The notes under the pieces are model-generated. The model did no database searches. It was given only the letters and a program-made list of their open reading frames with translations, and had not been told where the DNA came from. Of a stretch of 64,000 nt of DNA, positions 49,240-59,900 are shown one piece after another. Position numbers and translations under genes: made by a program. Where the stretch lies: contig CAIIXF020000001.1 of NCBI GenBank assembly GCA_903813345.2, forward strand, positions 36,518,001 to 36,582,000, read 5' to 3'. The stretch comes from Owenia fusiformis (taxonomy: Eukaryota). Within the stretch, counting starts at the first letter, position 1. The number at the start of each line of letters is the position of its first letter.

Positions 49240-52113
49240 ATGGACAACAAACTGGAAGAAGGAAGTAGGGAAATGCCTCAAGATATACCTCTATACAGGG
49301 CTCATCGGATTGACCATGATAAATCCCGATACCCACATTGTATAGTATGGTGCCCCATCCCTCTCTTGACGTAAGCTTTTGTATTTTAATTCTATTTGAA
49401 TGTCAAAATAACCTTTTCAAAATCAAGATTTTTGAGAAATTTTGTTACCAGCCAATGAATTGTAATCCTACAAAAAACACAGGAATTTCCCATCATTTAC
49501 TTGTCAAATTCTTGTTTCAGATGGATATTTCCATTCATAGGACATATGGGTATAGGTACAACATCAGGTGTTATCAGAGATTTTGCTGGACCATATTATG
49601 TATCGGTATGTTGGAACTTTACTCCTCCAGATAGGCCTGGCAGATATCAGACTCCAGAGGCACCATTCACTTAGATTTATGGGAGTATTAAAAAATATGG
49701 AGTAAATAGGGGGATAGGGATGATCATGCTTTTAACCTAGGCCTTTCACAATTATTATATGAATTAATAATGGATGGGATGAAGTACTAAACATGCAACT
49801 ATTATTGTATAGTTTCTGCTTGCTCTTTTATATCAAATCCTTTTGATTGAATGAAACATAATGACTATAAATCAGAACACTGAAATCATAGATTGTTATA
49901 AAATGTACTAGAATACTATTCAAAGTTATCTCTTTCGTCTTTTTGTAGGAAGACTGCATGGCCTTTGGAATACCAACAAGGTTAGAACTACATTACTATC
50001 CATTCATATTATTTACACTGTGCCACACCTGGATGACTCTAACTCCAGTTAGCTTCATTCAAGATTGTTGCCAAAATTCTTTTGTTTTCGACAAACCTCC
50101 GATTTTAGCTAAATTAAGCTGAAAATTTCGCCATGCAAACTTATAAAACTATGATTGTAAAAACACAAATAAATGCCCACATACCCACGATATTAGAGAA
50201 TTTGAAAGAAAACGGCTTCACTTAGAATGACTCTATAAACTGAAGTTGATGATGACAGCTTCAGTTAGAGTCATTCTAAGTTTTCTATAGAATACTCCCA
50301 TATAGCGATTGTTCGAGCATTTATCTGTGGTTGTTTACAATCGTAGCTTTATTAATTTGCATGGCGAAACATTTGAAATCCAGATTCAACTAAGTTAAGC
50401 TGAAATCAGAGGTTTATCAAGATCGAAAGAAATTTGGCAACCATCTTGAATGAAGATAACTGCAGTTAAAGTCATTTAAAGAGGACTAACTTGCATGAAA
50501 TAGCAAATTACCCGTCTTACACTTTGACTGATAAAGATTAAATATAAAGTCCCCCAAGACATAAGTATTACCCAGCAATTTTATCAAATACAAAATACAA
50601 TTGAATAGAAATAACTAAAATACAAAACCCTCAAGTAACATGCCCATTTACAATATACTGTAGTTATAATCTACCCCTGATAAATATGAATTGAAATGTT
50701 TATCATAACAGGTACTGGCAACTAAAACTGGAGAAAGTGCGAAATGGAAGTGGAAGGGAATTATGGGATAAGTCTGTGCACGAGGCCTCCGAAGAATATA
50801 AAGGCAGAATTGTAAGTTGACATTTTAATAAGAACTGATATGTTTTCAATAATCTCTTGATTGATTAAAGTGACTTATGTCATGATAATATCAGATATAT
50901 TGGGTGCTACATTGAAAGAATATATTACCCATGAGCTCTATAAGCAAGCAAATAAGCAAGGAAAAAACAGAAGTGTCTAGCACTGGTGCCAAAACTTTCT
51001 ATTTGTACCACAATCTATGCCTGTGATAATGTTTATTTGTAGCTCAATTTATACTGTGATAACTATCTATTTGTACCCACTGTTTGTGGCACAATCAATG
51101 ATGTGATAACTTTCTGTTTGTAGCACAATCTATGCTGTGATAATTGTCATTCTCACGTTGCTATGGCATTAAATCTGATGGGATATGACCAGAAGTCAAA
51201 CTGGAACATGGTGAAACTAGCAGCAATCATGTTCGTCAAAGGAAAATATGTTGGGTAAGATATAACTTCATACAATGATACTTTGGGTAACTGATCCTGG
51301 TTAATAACACCAAGTTATTGCTGACTAATCCTGATAAGAGGTCCAGGGGCCCATTAACAGAACCATCTTAAAGTTCAGATTTCGTAAAGTCCATTGTTCT
51401 CTAACTGTGACATCATCATAACTATGGTTACAACAATTGATTTACGATTTCGTAACTTTACAAAGTTTCTATTAATGACCCCCAGGGTAAGAGGTTGATA
51501 GTTAAAAGAATACCCAGACACTGTAAAATGAGATCGTAAATTGTGATTTACAGATGAGTGATGTAGTGGGGGGAGTAGTGTATTGCTCATTCATTAGCAA
51601 AGAGGATTGGCTATTTGTCCTATAGAGATCAAGTGTTTACATCGAGATACTAAAACTAATAGCTTGGGGCCTTTCAAAGTTACAGTCTCCACATTTTTTG
51701 TGGATGGTGTTTGATGCTGTTTGGCATTTGGTGTTCGTCATCTGCACCAAATGGCAGGTTGTAACATTTTGCATGTTAATGGCTTGTTATAATTGGAAAA
51801 ATTAGTTATCCAGTAAACCATGGTATATGCTAGATCCAATAATAGTTGGTGCTTTGGAGATATTTCTCTGTAAAAAATACTGATACAATTGTACATGTAA
51901 ACTATACATCAAGTTGAAAATTCATGGATCTTTATCAACCTGTAAATGAAATAAAGAAATGATGTGTATTGAAACTGTCTTATTAATGTTTCTAAAATGT
52001 AATTTGATTTCTGTTTCAGTGTGGCCGGTTTCCTAAAGACTTGGCTACCGTTTGTTTTACTCCTTGGTGTAATAGTAACAGTAGTGCTTGTAACAAAATT
52101 CCACATGATGTAA
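49240..52113 (+). CDS. TMEM222: Transmembrane protein 222 (RTE1-like/DUF778 family), intact copy
   Basis: Exons 49240-49370 (RYPHCIVWCPIPLLT), 49521-49605 (WIFPFIGHMGIGTTSGVIRDFAGPYYVS), 49949-49980 (EDCMAFGIPTR), 50712-50811 (YWQL...WDKSVHEASEEYKGR), 51124-51254 (HNLCCDNCHSHVAMALNLM...WNMVKLA), 52020-52113 (GFLKTWLPFVLLLG...*). All are GT-AG and in frame. Confidence 0.93.
50031..50476. repeat. ~440-bp palindromic (foldback) element in TMEM222 intron 3; copy A at ~31941-32372 is cut at its right end
   Basis: ATGACTCTAACTCCAGTTAGCTTCATTCAAGAT... / ...ATCTTGAATGAAGATAACTGCAGTTAAAGTCAT, with complementarity continuing to a centre near 50250. Confidence 0.8.
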
Positions 52114-52597
52114 GGATATGGTGTGATCGTGACAGTCATACTTGTAACAAAATTCCATATTATGTAAGGACATGGTGTCATGGTGACAGTCATACTTGTA
52201 ACAAAATCCAGTCATATTTGTAACAAAATTCCATATGATGTAAAGACACGGTGTCATCATGACAGTCATACTTGTAACGGAATCCCATGATGTAAGGACA
52301 TGGTGTCATGGTAACAGTCATACTTGTAACAAAATTACATATGATGTAAGGACATGGTGTCATCGTGACAGTCATACTTGTAACGAAATTCCATATTATA
52401 TAAGGACATGGTGTCATTGTGACAGTCATAGTTGTAACAAAATCCCGTATTATGTAAGGACATGGTGTCATGGTGACAGTCATACTTGTAACAAAATCAC
52501 ATGATGTAAGGACATGGTGTCATGGTAACAGTCATACTTGTAACAAAATTCCATATGATGTAAGCACATAGTGTCATGGTAACAGGAGTGCTTGTAA
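52065..52597 (+). repeat. 52-54-bp minisatellite (~10 units) overlapping the TMEM222 stop codon and 3' UTR
   Basis: Unit CTTGTAACAAAATTCCATATGATGTAAGGACATGGTGTCATGGTGACAGTCATA. TTGTAAC recurs at ~52088, 52142, 52196, 52218, 52272, 52324, 52378, 52432, 52486 and 52538. Confidence 0.95.
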
Positions 52598-53541
52598 GTT
52601 TCATGTGAGACAAGGACACGAGACATCAGTATGAAAAATGTACAGCATAATACTTTGTTTCACTTATTTGATGTGACGTGGAGTGGGTGACCCAGAATCA
52701 ACATTGAAAATGATTTTTTGTATCTTCATTGTGAGACCTACAGTAATTATCATATTATCCCATCTTTGGATATTCTAGATCACATGATGCCATTTTTGCC
52801 TGGCTATAGACTTGATGTACTTTGTAGATTATTTATTTTTGATGAGATCATCTGTATTGTAGATGTAAGAATTGTAACATACAATAACAATTTTAATTAT
52901 AATGGTAGATAGATGTATCTATTTTAATCATGCCAAATATGTTTTTTTAACACCCAATTTGGAAAGGTTCACAGGATCACATTTCTGTGTGATCACATAC
53001 TGTATTGATAGTTACTATTGAATGATGGTTGTGTTCCATTTTCAGTATCAGAATAAGGAATAGGTATACCTATGTAGACTTGTAAATATTGTATAAACAT
53101 TGTAAATATTGTTTCTATGAAAGATAGATTTGAATGTGTACATGTTCTTGTTGAAGGAACCAGAAGGAAAAGAGACTTGGTGATGGCAAGATCAAAATGA
53201 ACATTTCTGTATCTTAAAATCTTCAATAACTTCTATATTTGATCAGATCTCAATTTTTTCAGAAAATTAAATCATGACTTTAAACAGGCAATGCGCCTAT
53301 TTTTGAAGGAAAAAGGACAAAATATTATTTGAGACATGTCACTCACACAGCTCAAATATGATAAAAACTTTTATTTGGGATAATACTGATGTGAAAAAAA
53401 ATTACTTGCATAGAAAAACACCATTTGAAGTTCAGAGATTGAAAAAAGTGAATTACCACTTTTCACAAAGTGTATGTTTTAAATAACTCTTGGATTAAAA
53501 GATGGCGTATGCTTGAAAATCCTATCAAAAATGAATGGATA

Positions 53542-54628
53542 GTACCCCACACACAATTTTGTCGCCTACTTTGACGTGTTGTAGAAAAATATCCAATAAG
53601 ATTTTTCTCATTAAATTTGGCATACATTAAATTGAAACAATTTGTGACACTCAAATTTTTTTGTTTGGGGTAATATGACTTCAGCACAATTTGACTTTGG
53701 TTTCTAAATTGCTACGCATTTACAGATTTGACCTAAATTTAGCTAAATTTTGAAACAATTTGAAACAAATTGATTACAATCCTATCATATTAAACACCAT
53801 TATAATCCACTGCAGGTAAAAGAAAAACTGAACCAAGCAGAAGTGACTGTTATAATGTTAAAATGTTAAGATGTTACCCCTGAAAGTTCACATGTTTAAT
53901 CCATGTGAATCATTTCCAACAAAAGGTAAGCCGTCGGTGGCCACCTGTGAGGTATTGGGTGAATTTGGCCTCCCGATCGTAGGCCAACGAAAAATTGAGT
54001 TGAAGCTCACTGTTAATAATGCCTTAATTGAATTAAACAAAATACAACCATTTTCTTGAGATTTTATGAGATGCGAGCTACTGGAAAGGATTTTTTAATC
54101 GAGTGAGACAGTAGGAAATGCTGTAGTGGTAGGATGGGATAGAAATCCAAGCAGGGATACGTTTCAGTGCCCTGATAAACTTTTTTAGACTTAAAGCCAA
54201 CAAATCATATGATACATGCACCTGTCCATGTATTGAAAGTATTAAAAGGGGTCTTCACTCTTAAACAATAATAAAACCACACTTACAATATTCCTGTTTA
54301 GGAGTTAAACATCTCCAACACATAGTAACAATATCTCAAGAGAACAGACAAACCATATATAATGCAATATGTTTGTAATCAAAATGTAGTCAAAATGATT
54401 TAAACTCTCTTTAAAACTGCAAAACTGGAAATTTTCGTCGAATTTTGTTAAAACATGAATATTTTAAAATTGCTTGATTTTCGTCAATATTATTTAAATT
54501 TTCAAATAAAAAAATTTGAGTGTCACAAAATGTTTCAAGTTTAAGTATGCAAAATTTTATAAGCAAACTCTTTTTGGATATTTTTCTACAATACACCAAA
54601 GTAGGCGACAAAATTGTGTGTGGGGTAC
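53542..54628. mobile_element. ~1.1-kb non-autonomous element with ~120-bp TIRs, nested in the 53280-54848 repeat
   Basis: ta|GTACCCCACACACAATTTTGTCGCCTACTTTG ... CAAAGTAGGCGACAAAATTGTGTGTGGGGTAC|ta. Empty site at ~29218. The TA could be a TSD or part of TAG...CTA termini. Confidence 0.8.
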
Positions 54629-54954
54629 TAATTAATGCAAACAACAATGCCATCTTTCTATCGCATTGCTAAAAACTTGACATATAAAAATTGATAGATC
54701 AAAAATATTTTTTCATGATCTAGTGTCAATTCTGATGTGGTCTGTTTGAGCTGTTTTTGGTGTCAAATGAAAGATCAGGTACTTATTTATCCATTGGAAA
54801 TACAATGAAGATTTAAAGTGAGACTTCATTTACGCACCTTATCCCTAACATCATGATATTTTTGAAAAAATTGCTCCCAGCTGTTTACACTTTCTATCCC
54901 TCCTAATTCCTTAAATGTGTATTTTTGTGTGTAAAATTCTTCTAGCAAAATATA

Positions 54955-56000
54955 CGAGGGTTGATCCAAAAGTTCCGAACCGTTTGCTCTAAAAATCTTA
55001 ATATTTGATGAATATTGTTCATATTTGGCCACAACCACCCCATATATAGTGGTTTCATTTTGTGTAAGAATAAACAATAAATTTGACTAGCAACATATGT
55101 GTCTGGTTACCATAGCAACATGACAACAGGGTAGGTGGAGCTGGAATAAATTAAACTTTATTCCGAATTACAGCTATTTCAGATCATTTCAATTCATGGA
55201 GTTTCTCCCCCATAAAATCTCACACAATAGGTAATTATAGTTCATAAGTTCATTCGCCTTCAAAATAGTCACCACCATGTGCTACACATTTCTTACAGCG
55301 TTTCAACTAGTCGTGACATACATATGATGAAGTTCACCTTTAGCTGTAGCATAAACGCTATTAGTAAATGCCTGGATAAGGTCAGCTTCGTCATCGAAAT
55401 AGATACCACGCATTGGTTTCTTGGCCTCAGGAAACATATGAAAGTTACATGGTGCAATATCAGGAGAATATGGCGGATGGGGCTGTAGTTGGGCCTGCAA
55501 GCACTAGTGTATTGCCTCTATTGTAACATTGGCTCTGTGGGCTTGGGGATTATCAAGGTGAAAGTAGAAGTTCCAAAGGAGATCTGGTCATTTTTTCTCA
55601 TAGCATCTTTAAGATCTTTCTTCAGCACTTCGAACACATTTTTTAACTGAGTAAGTGTCATACCTAATTGATTGACTCAAAACAGATCAACATACCTCAT
55701 AAAAATAATCTAGTTAACAACTTATAAATGAGTGGTAAGGTTTTGTAACTGACATTTGAATAATAAGGTCCATTGGCGGTGGCGATGAACCAGGATAACT
55801 GTGTCGTACTCTTGCTCCACCTACCCTGTTGTCATGTTGCTATGGTAACCAGACACCTATGTTGCTGGACAAATTTATTGCTTATTTTTACTCAAAATGA
55901 AACTACTATATATGGGATGGTTGTGGCCAAATGTGAACAATATTCATAAAGTATTAAGATTTTTAGAGCAAACGGTTCGGAACTTTTGGATCAACCCTCG
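54955..56000 (-). mobile_element. Internally deleted mariner element with ~185-bp TIRs
   Basis: ta|CGAGGGTTGATCCAAAAGTTCCGAACCGTTTGCTC ... GAGCAAACGGTTCGGAACTTTTGGATCAACCCTCG|ta. Minus-strand transposase remnant ~55303-55570: FHLDNPQAH...(stop)...HPPYSPDIAPCNFHMFP (mariner YSPDLAP motif). Confidence 0.9.
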
Positions 56001-56850
56001 TACTTTTTGGAGACTGCAATTTGCTTTTGAAGAACTTGTAGTAGATTTCATTGATGGAAACACACTCTATTGCATTGTAAATAAAAGAACTGTATAAAAT
56101 CAAAATTATAGTGTGTTTTATAAATCCACAGGGTTTCTTGGAGTTAGATTAGCCCATGGTTCTACAGGGCAGTGCCATTCCTGGAAAAATTAAATTGAAA
56201 AAATCAAAATCCATGCTTCCACCAAAAAGAAAATAATGCCCTGTGATATGCAGGCCCCTAATTTTGAAATTTGAAGCCCATTTCATTGGAATTTGGCCCA
56301 AACTTTAAAAAACAGTTATGTCAGTTAATTTTACTCATAACTGCCTTATCCCGTGCCAGGACTGCCACTGGTTATTATGGTTATTACAGTTACACCTGAG
56401 TTAAACCTGTCTAATCTGAACATCAGTTGGACTGGACAAAGCGTTCAGTTTAGTAGCCTTGCAGGTGTTCATATTTCAAATTTTTCTCAAATATTTAAGT
56501 CATGAGAGATAACAAATTTGGGACCAAGAAAATGTTCACAGTGACATTGAGAGGTGTTTGAATATTATACTGTAGGTATCACCATGAGCTCTATCATTAG
56601 AAGTTCATGGTTCTGTGGTTTCACTGCTGTTTTTTCCTGCCCTCTTTAAACCACTGAAATATGAATAGCTCGTTGTGTGGATCTCTTATATAACTATTCA
56701 CCTCGTTGACAACTATGCCATGTTTCAACATACTCTTTGAAAATCATTATTTCAGGAATAACCAATACTGAATGATTTAAACAAGATCCTTTAAATCCCC
56801 GGGAATCTTTTTTGCGCAAATAATATTCATTTGTCTGCGCGAACTGTGTT

Positions 56851-56870
56851 ACTTCCGGTTAAGCCATTTT
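56851..56870 (+). promoter_or_regulatory. Candidate XRN1 core-promoter motifs (ETS-type ACTTCCGG, YY1-type GCCATTTT)
   Basis: Adjacent motifs ~120-135 bp upstream of the XRN1 ATG. Motif match only. Confidence 0.4.
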
Positions 56871-56985
56871 TCGAAAAATATTGCACAACGAAGCACATCG
56901 AAAATTATGTATTTCTCAGGATATTGACGATATAAGAGCAACATTCATTAATATATACATTGGGTAACAATCGAAGAACCTAAAA

Positions 56986-59900
56986 ATGGGAGTTCCAAAG
57001 TTTTATAGATGGATCAGCGAGAGGTATCCGTGCCTCAGTGAGGTCGTCAAAGAATATCAGGTGAGATTTTTCTCTTTTTACAGCCCATTTCACTGTTTTA
57101 TTGCGTCAGTAGATCCCCAAAAATAAGAAATCAGGAGACCATTGTCACGTGCAATAATATATGGAAAAGCTTATTATACATAAATGACATTTGTATATTT
57201 CAGATTATTTAGTTTTATGTGCAAAAAGCTAGCTCTACCCTTACTTAGTTTGAACAAAGCTATCTCCTGAGAGATAGCTTTGCATATGTTGATATTCCCA
57301 GCCCATGTTAAAGGTCTTGAAAGAAATGTTAGAAATCGTGGGAACACTTACACTACTTTAATCGATGTATAACATCATAAAGTATCGTTGTAATAATTGT
57401 AGAGCGCTAACTGGAGTCGGGAGACAGTGTAATTGACGAAAAATGTAAGCCATCTTGAAAATTATCATCTCTTCAACATTTTTCGTCAATATACCCATAC
57501 GCGTAAACATTTAATTTAGTTCAGTTTAGTTACCTCCCGTTTGAAGAGCTCTCATGTATGGTACAACTTCGTCTACATCCGGGTTCTTTCCTATTGGATT
57601 ACACAGGGGTGCTATTTTCAATGCTGCACTGCGACTCTATTTAACATTTATGTAGAGTTTCATTTGCACAAACGATTGGTATGTATGTAATTAAGATATA
57701 TAACAAGGCTTTTTTAACAATAATCCCCAAATCCGAAGAAATCTGTAGTTGAAAATGCCGTCTCATTCCAGTGACGTCACTGATTTCCCAGAACTTGCTC
57801 AGACGCCATCGAAGATCGAAAAGATATAAATAATGTTACTTTGAATCTCCGATTATCTTTCTGATTATTGAATAGATTGGATCATATAACTATGCTTGAG
57901 GGCTGATGGAAGATCAGAAGGTGAGAAACATTCAGAGTAATCGACTCGTTCGGCGGGCCAATGAAAATTTGTCCCTTCCAAAGCGATGCATCATGAGAGA
58001 TATTTATGTAAATTACCACCTGAACTCTTATCGCGAATAGGAGTATTACACTGTCTCCCGACTCCAGTTAGTGTTCTACAATTAATACAACGATACTTTA
58101 TGATGTTATACATCGATTGAAGTAGTGTAAGTGTTCCCATGATTTCTAACATTTCTGTAAAAGACCTTTAACATGGGCTGGGAATATCAAAATATGCATA
58201 GCCATCTATCTAAAGATGGCTATGTGCAGATATAGTGACTCTACCGCTTGCATTCGTTCGACTTCACTTCTTAAAAGAGAGCTTCATCTTCACTCTTTCA
58301 GTTTACAATAAATCTCTGATCTCACTGAGCCAATCAGAGTCCTTCGTCGAAATATGGACGACTTTCTAAATGGTTATTTCCTCTGACATACCCGCATAGT
58401 TATGAGCATGCAGGGGCGTCATAAGGATTTGCTGAGGGAGTGGTGACTTTTGGGTCATGCGTAAAGCGGGCTGCACGTGAAGCGCAATCTAGGGGGATCA
58501 GTAGGCATGCCCCCAGAAATTTTTTAAATTTAGACCGACTCTGGTTCATTCTGAACATATCTCAGCACAACATTCCCATAATAAAAACAAGAAAAAATGT
58601 AATGTGTTTTAGAAATCTTAAATTGACTTTGACTAAAAAGAACTTTTACTTTTACTAAAATATTCATCAAAGCATTTACATGCTGTATGGGTTCCTGAGA
58701 AACTATACATGGTATAGAATTAAATATAATATGAAACATGAGATCTTCTATGACTGATGTATACTATTATCTAACATAATGTCTTTTCTGTCATTATTAC
58801 ACTTTGACTTTAATTAGCTCTAGAGCTTTCAATTCTGAAATATACAAAAGTTAGGCCTTGTACATATGTTTCTATTTTTCCATATACTGTTGAAATATGG
58901 TCATTTGATTGCTTATTTTTTAAATTCAAAGTACTCAATAGAATTGTAACATGTCCTTACTGTACTGCCAAGTCTTAGATCTACTGCTCCATTTCTTAAT
59001 TTTATTACCACATTTTCATTTATATAAATGCCACAGTGGACTAGCCTATACCTTATTTCCTGAACACCCTTTTACAGCACAAGCACACTTGCTACTTTGC
59101 TACTCTTGTTACTTTGGAATGTAATGAGAAATACTTGTCGTATTTGTGGTGTAATGTCCTAAGGGTGCCCCAGCAACTTGGTATCCAGGGTCTTTACACT
59201 AGTACAATAGTACAATATGAATGTATTTTCCATATAATAGTGCTTTTTGGTCTTTTGATTGCTTCTTTTGATTTTCAGAAAGAAAAAATAAGATGGACTT
59301 TATTCATCTGTATATGGTTATGTTTACATCAGGTGATGTTTATTTTCAGATACCTGAATTTGATAATTTGTACTTAGATATGAATGGTGTTGTACATACG
59401 TGCTCCCACCCTGAAGATGACAACCCTCACTTTAGAATCACAGAGGAGAAGATATTTGCAGACATCTTTCACTATTTGGAGGTTAGTTATGTTGCTTTGT
59501 TAATGTGATGCAAAAGTGGAATTGTCACTCTTATTAAAGGAAGTGGATGTCGGTGTTGACAATAGTAAGTTTGGTTTTAAACATAATTTCTGTAAATATA
59601 TTTTTGAATAGTTATTGCAGTTTTGAATTCAAATGTATAATAATATTTTTTATTCATTCTACTAAATGTCTTACTTTGTGTTGATTTTTTGTTAAAAGGT
59701 ACTTTTCCGCATGATCAAGCCACGCAAAGTTTTCTTCATGGCTATAGATGGTGTTGCACCAAGAGCTAAGATGAATCAACAGCGAGGGAGACGATTCAGG
59801 TAAATAATCTAATTTATAACACTTGATTGCTGATTGTACTATGTGAGTTAATGTTATTGCCCACCTGTTTTTTTGCTTAATCATTTACACTCTAGGCATC

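Larger units (their letters stand above)
38484..50454 (+). repeat. Segmental duplication, copy B
   Basis: Colinear with 23001-32372; carries copy-specific insertions at 38544-44105, 44171-45229 and 45523-46045. Confidence 0.95.

Noticed and set aside
49338..49634. 98-aa ORF over TMEM222
   Set aside because: Wrong frame and runs through intron 1; the spliced frame gives the conserved protein.
51909..52504. Repetitive ORFs on both strands (MTVTMTPCPYII..., VRTWCHGDSHTCNKI...)
   Set aside because: By-products of a 54-bp (multiple of 3) minisatellite in the TMEM222 3' region.
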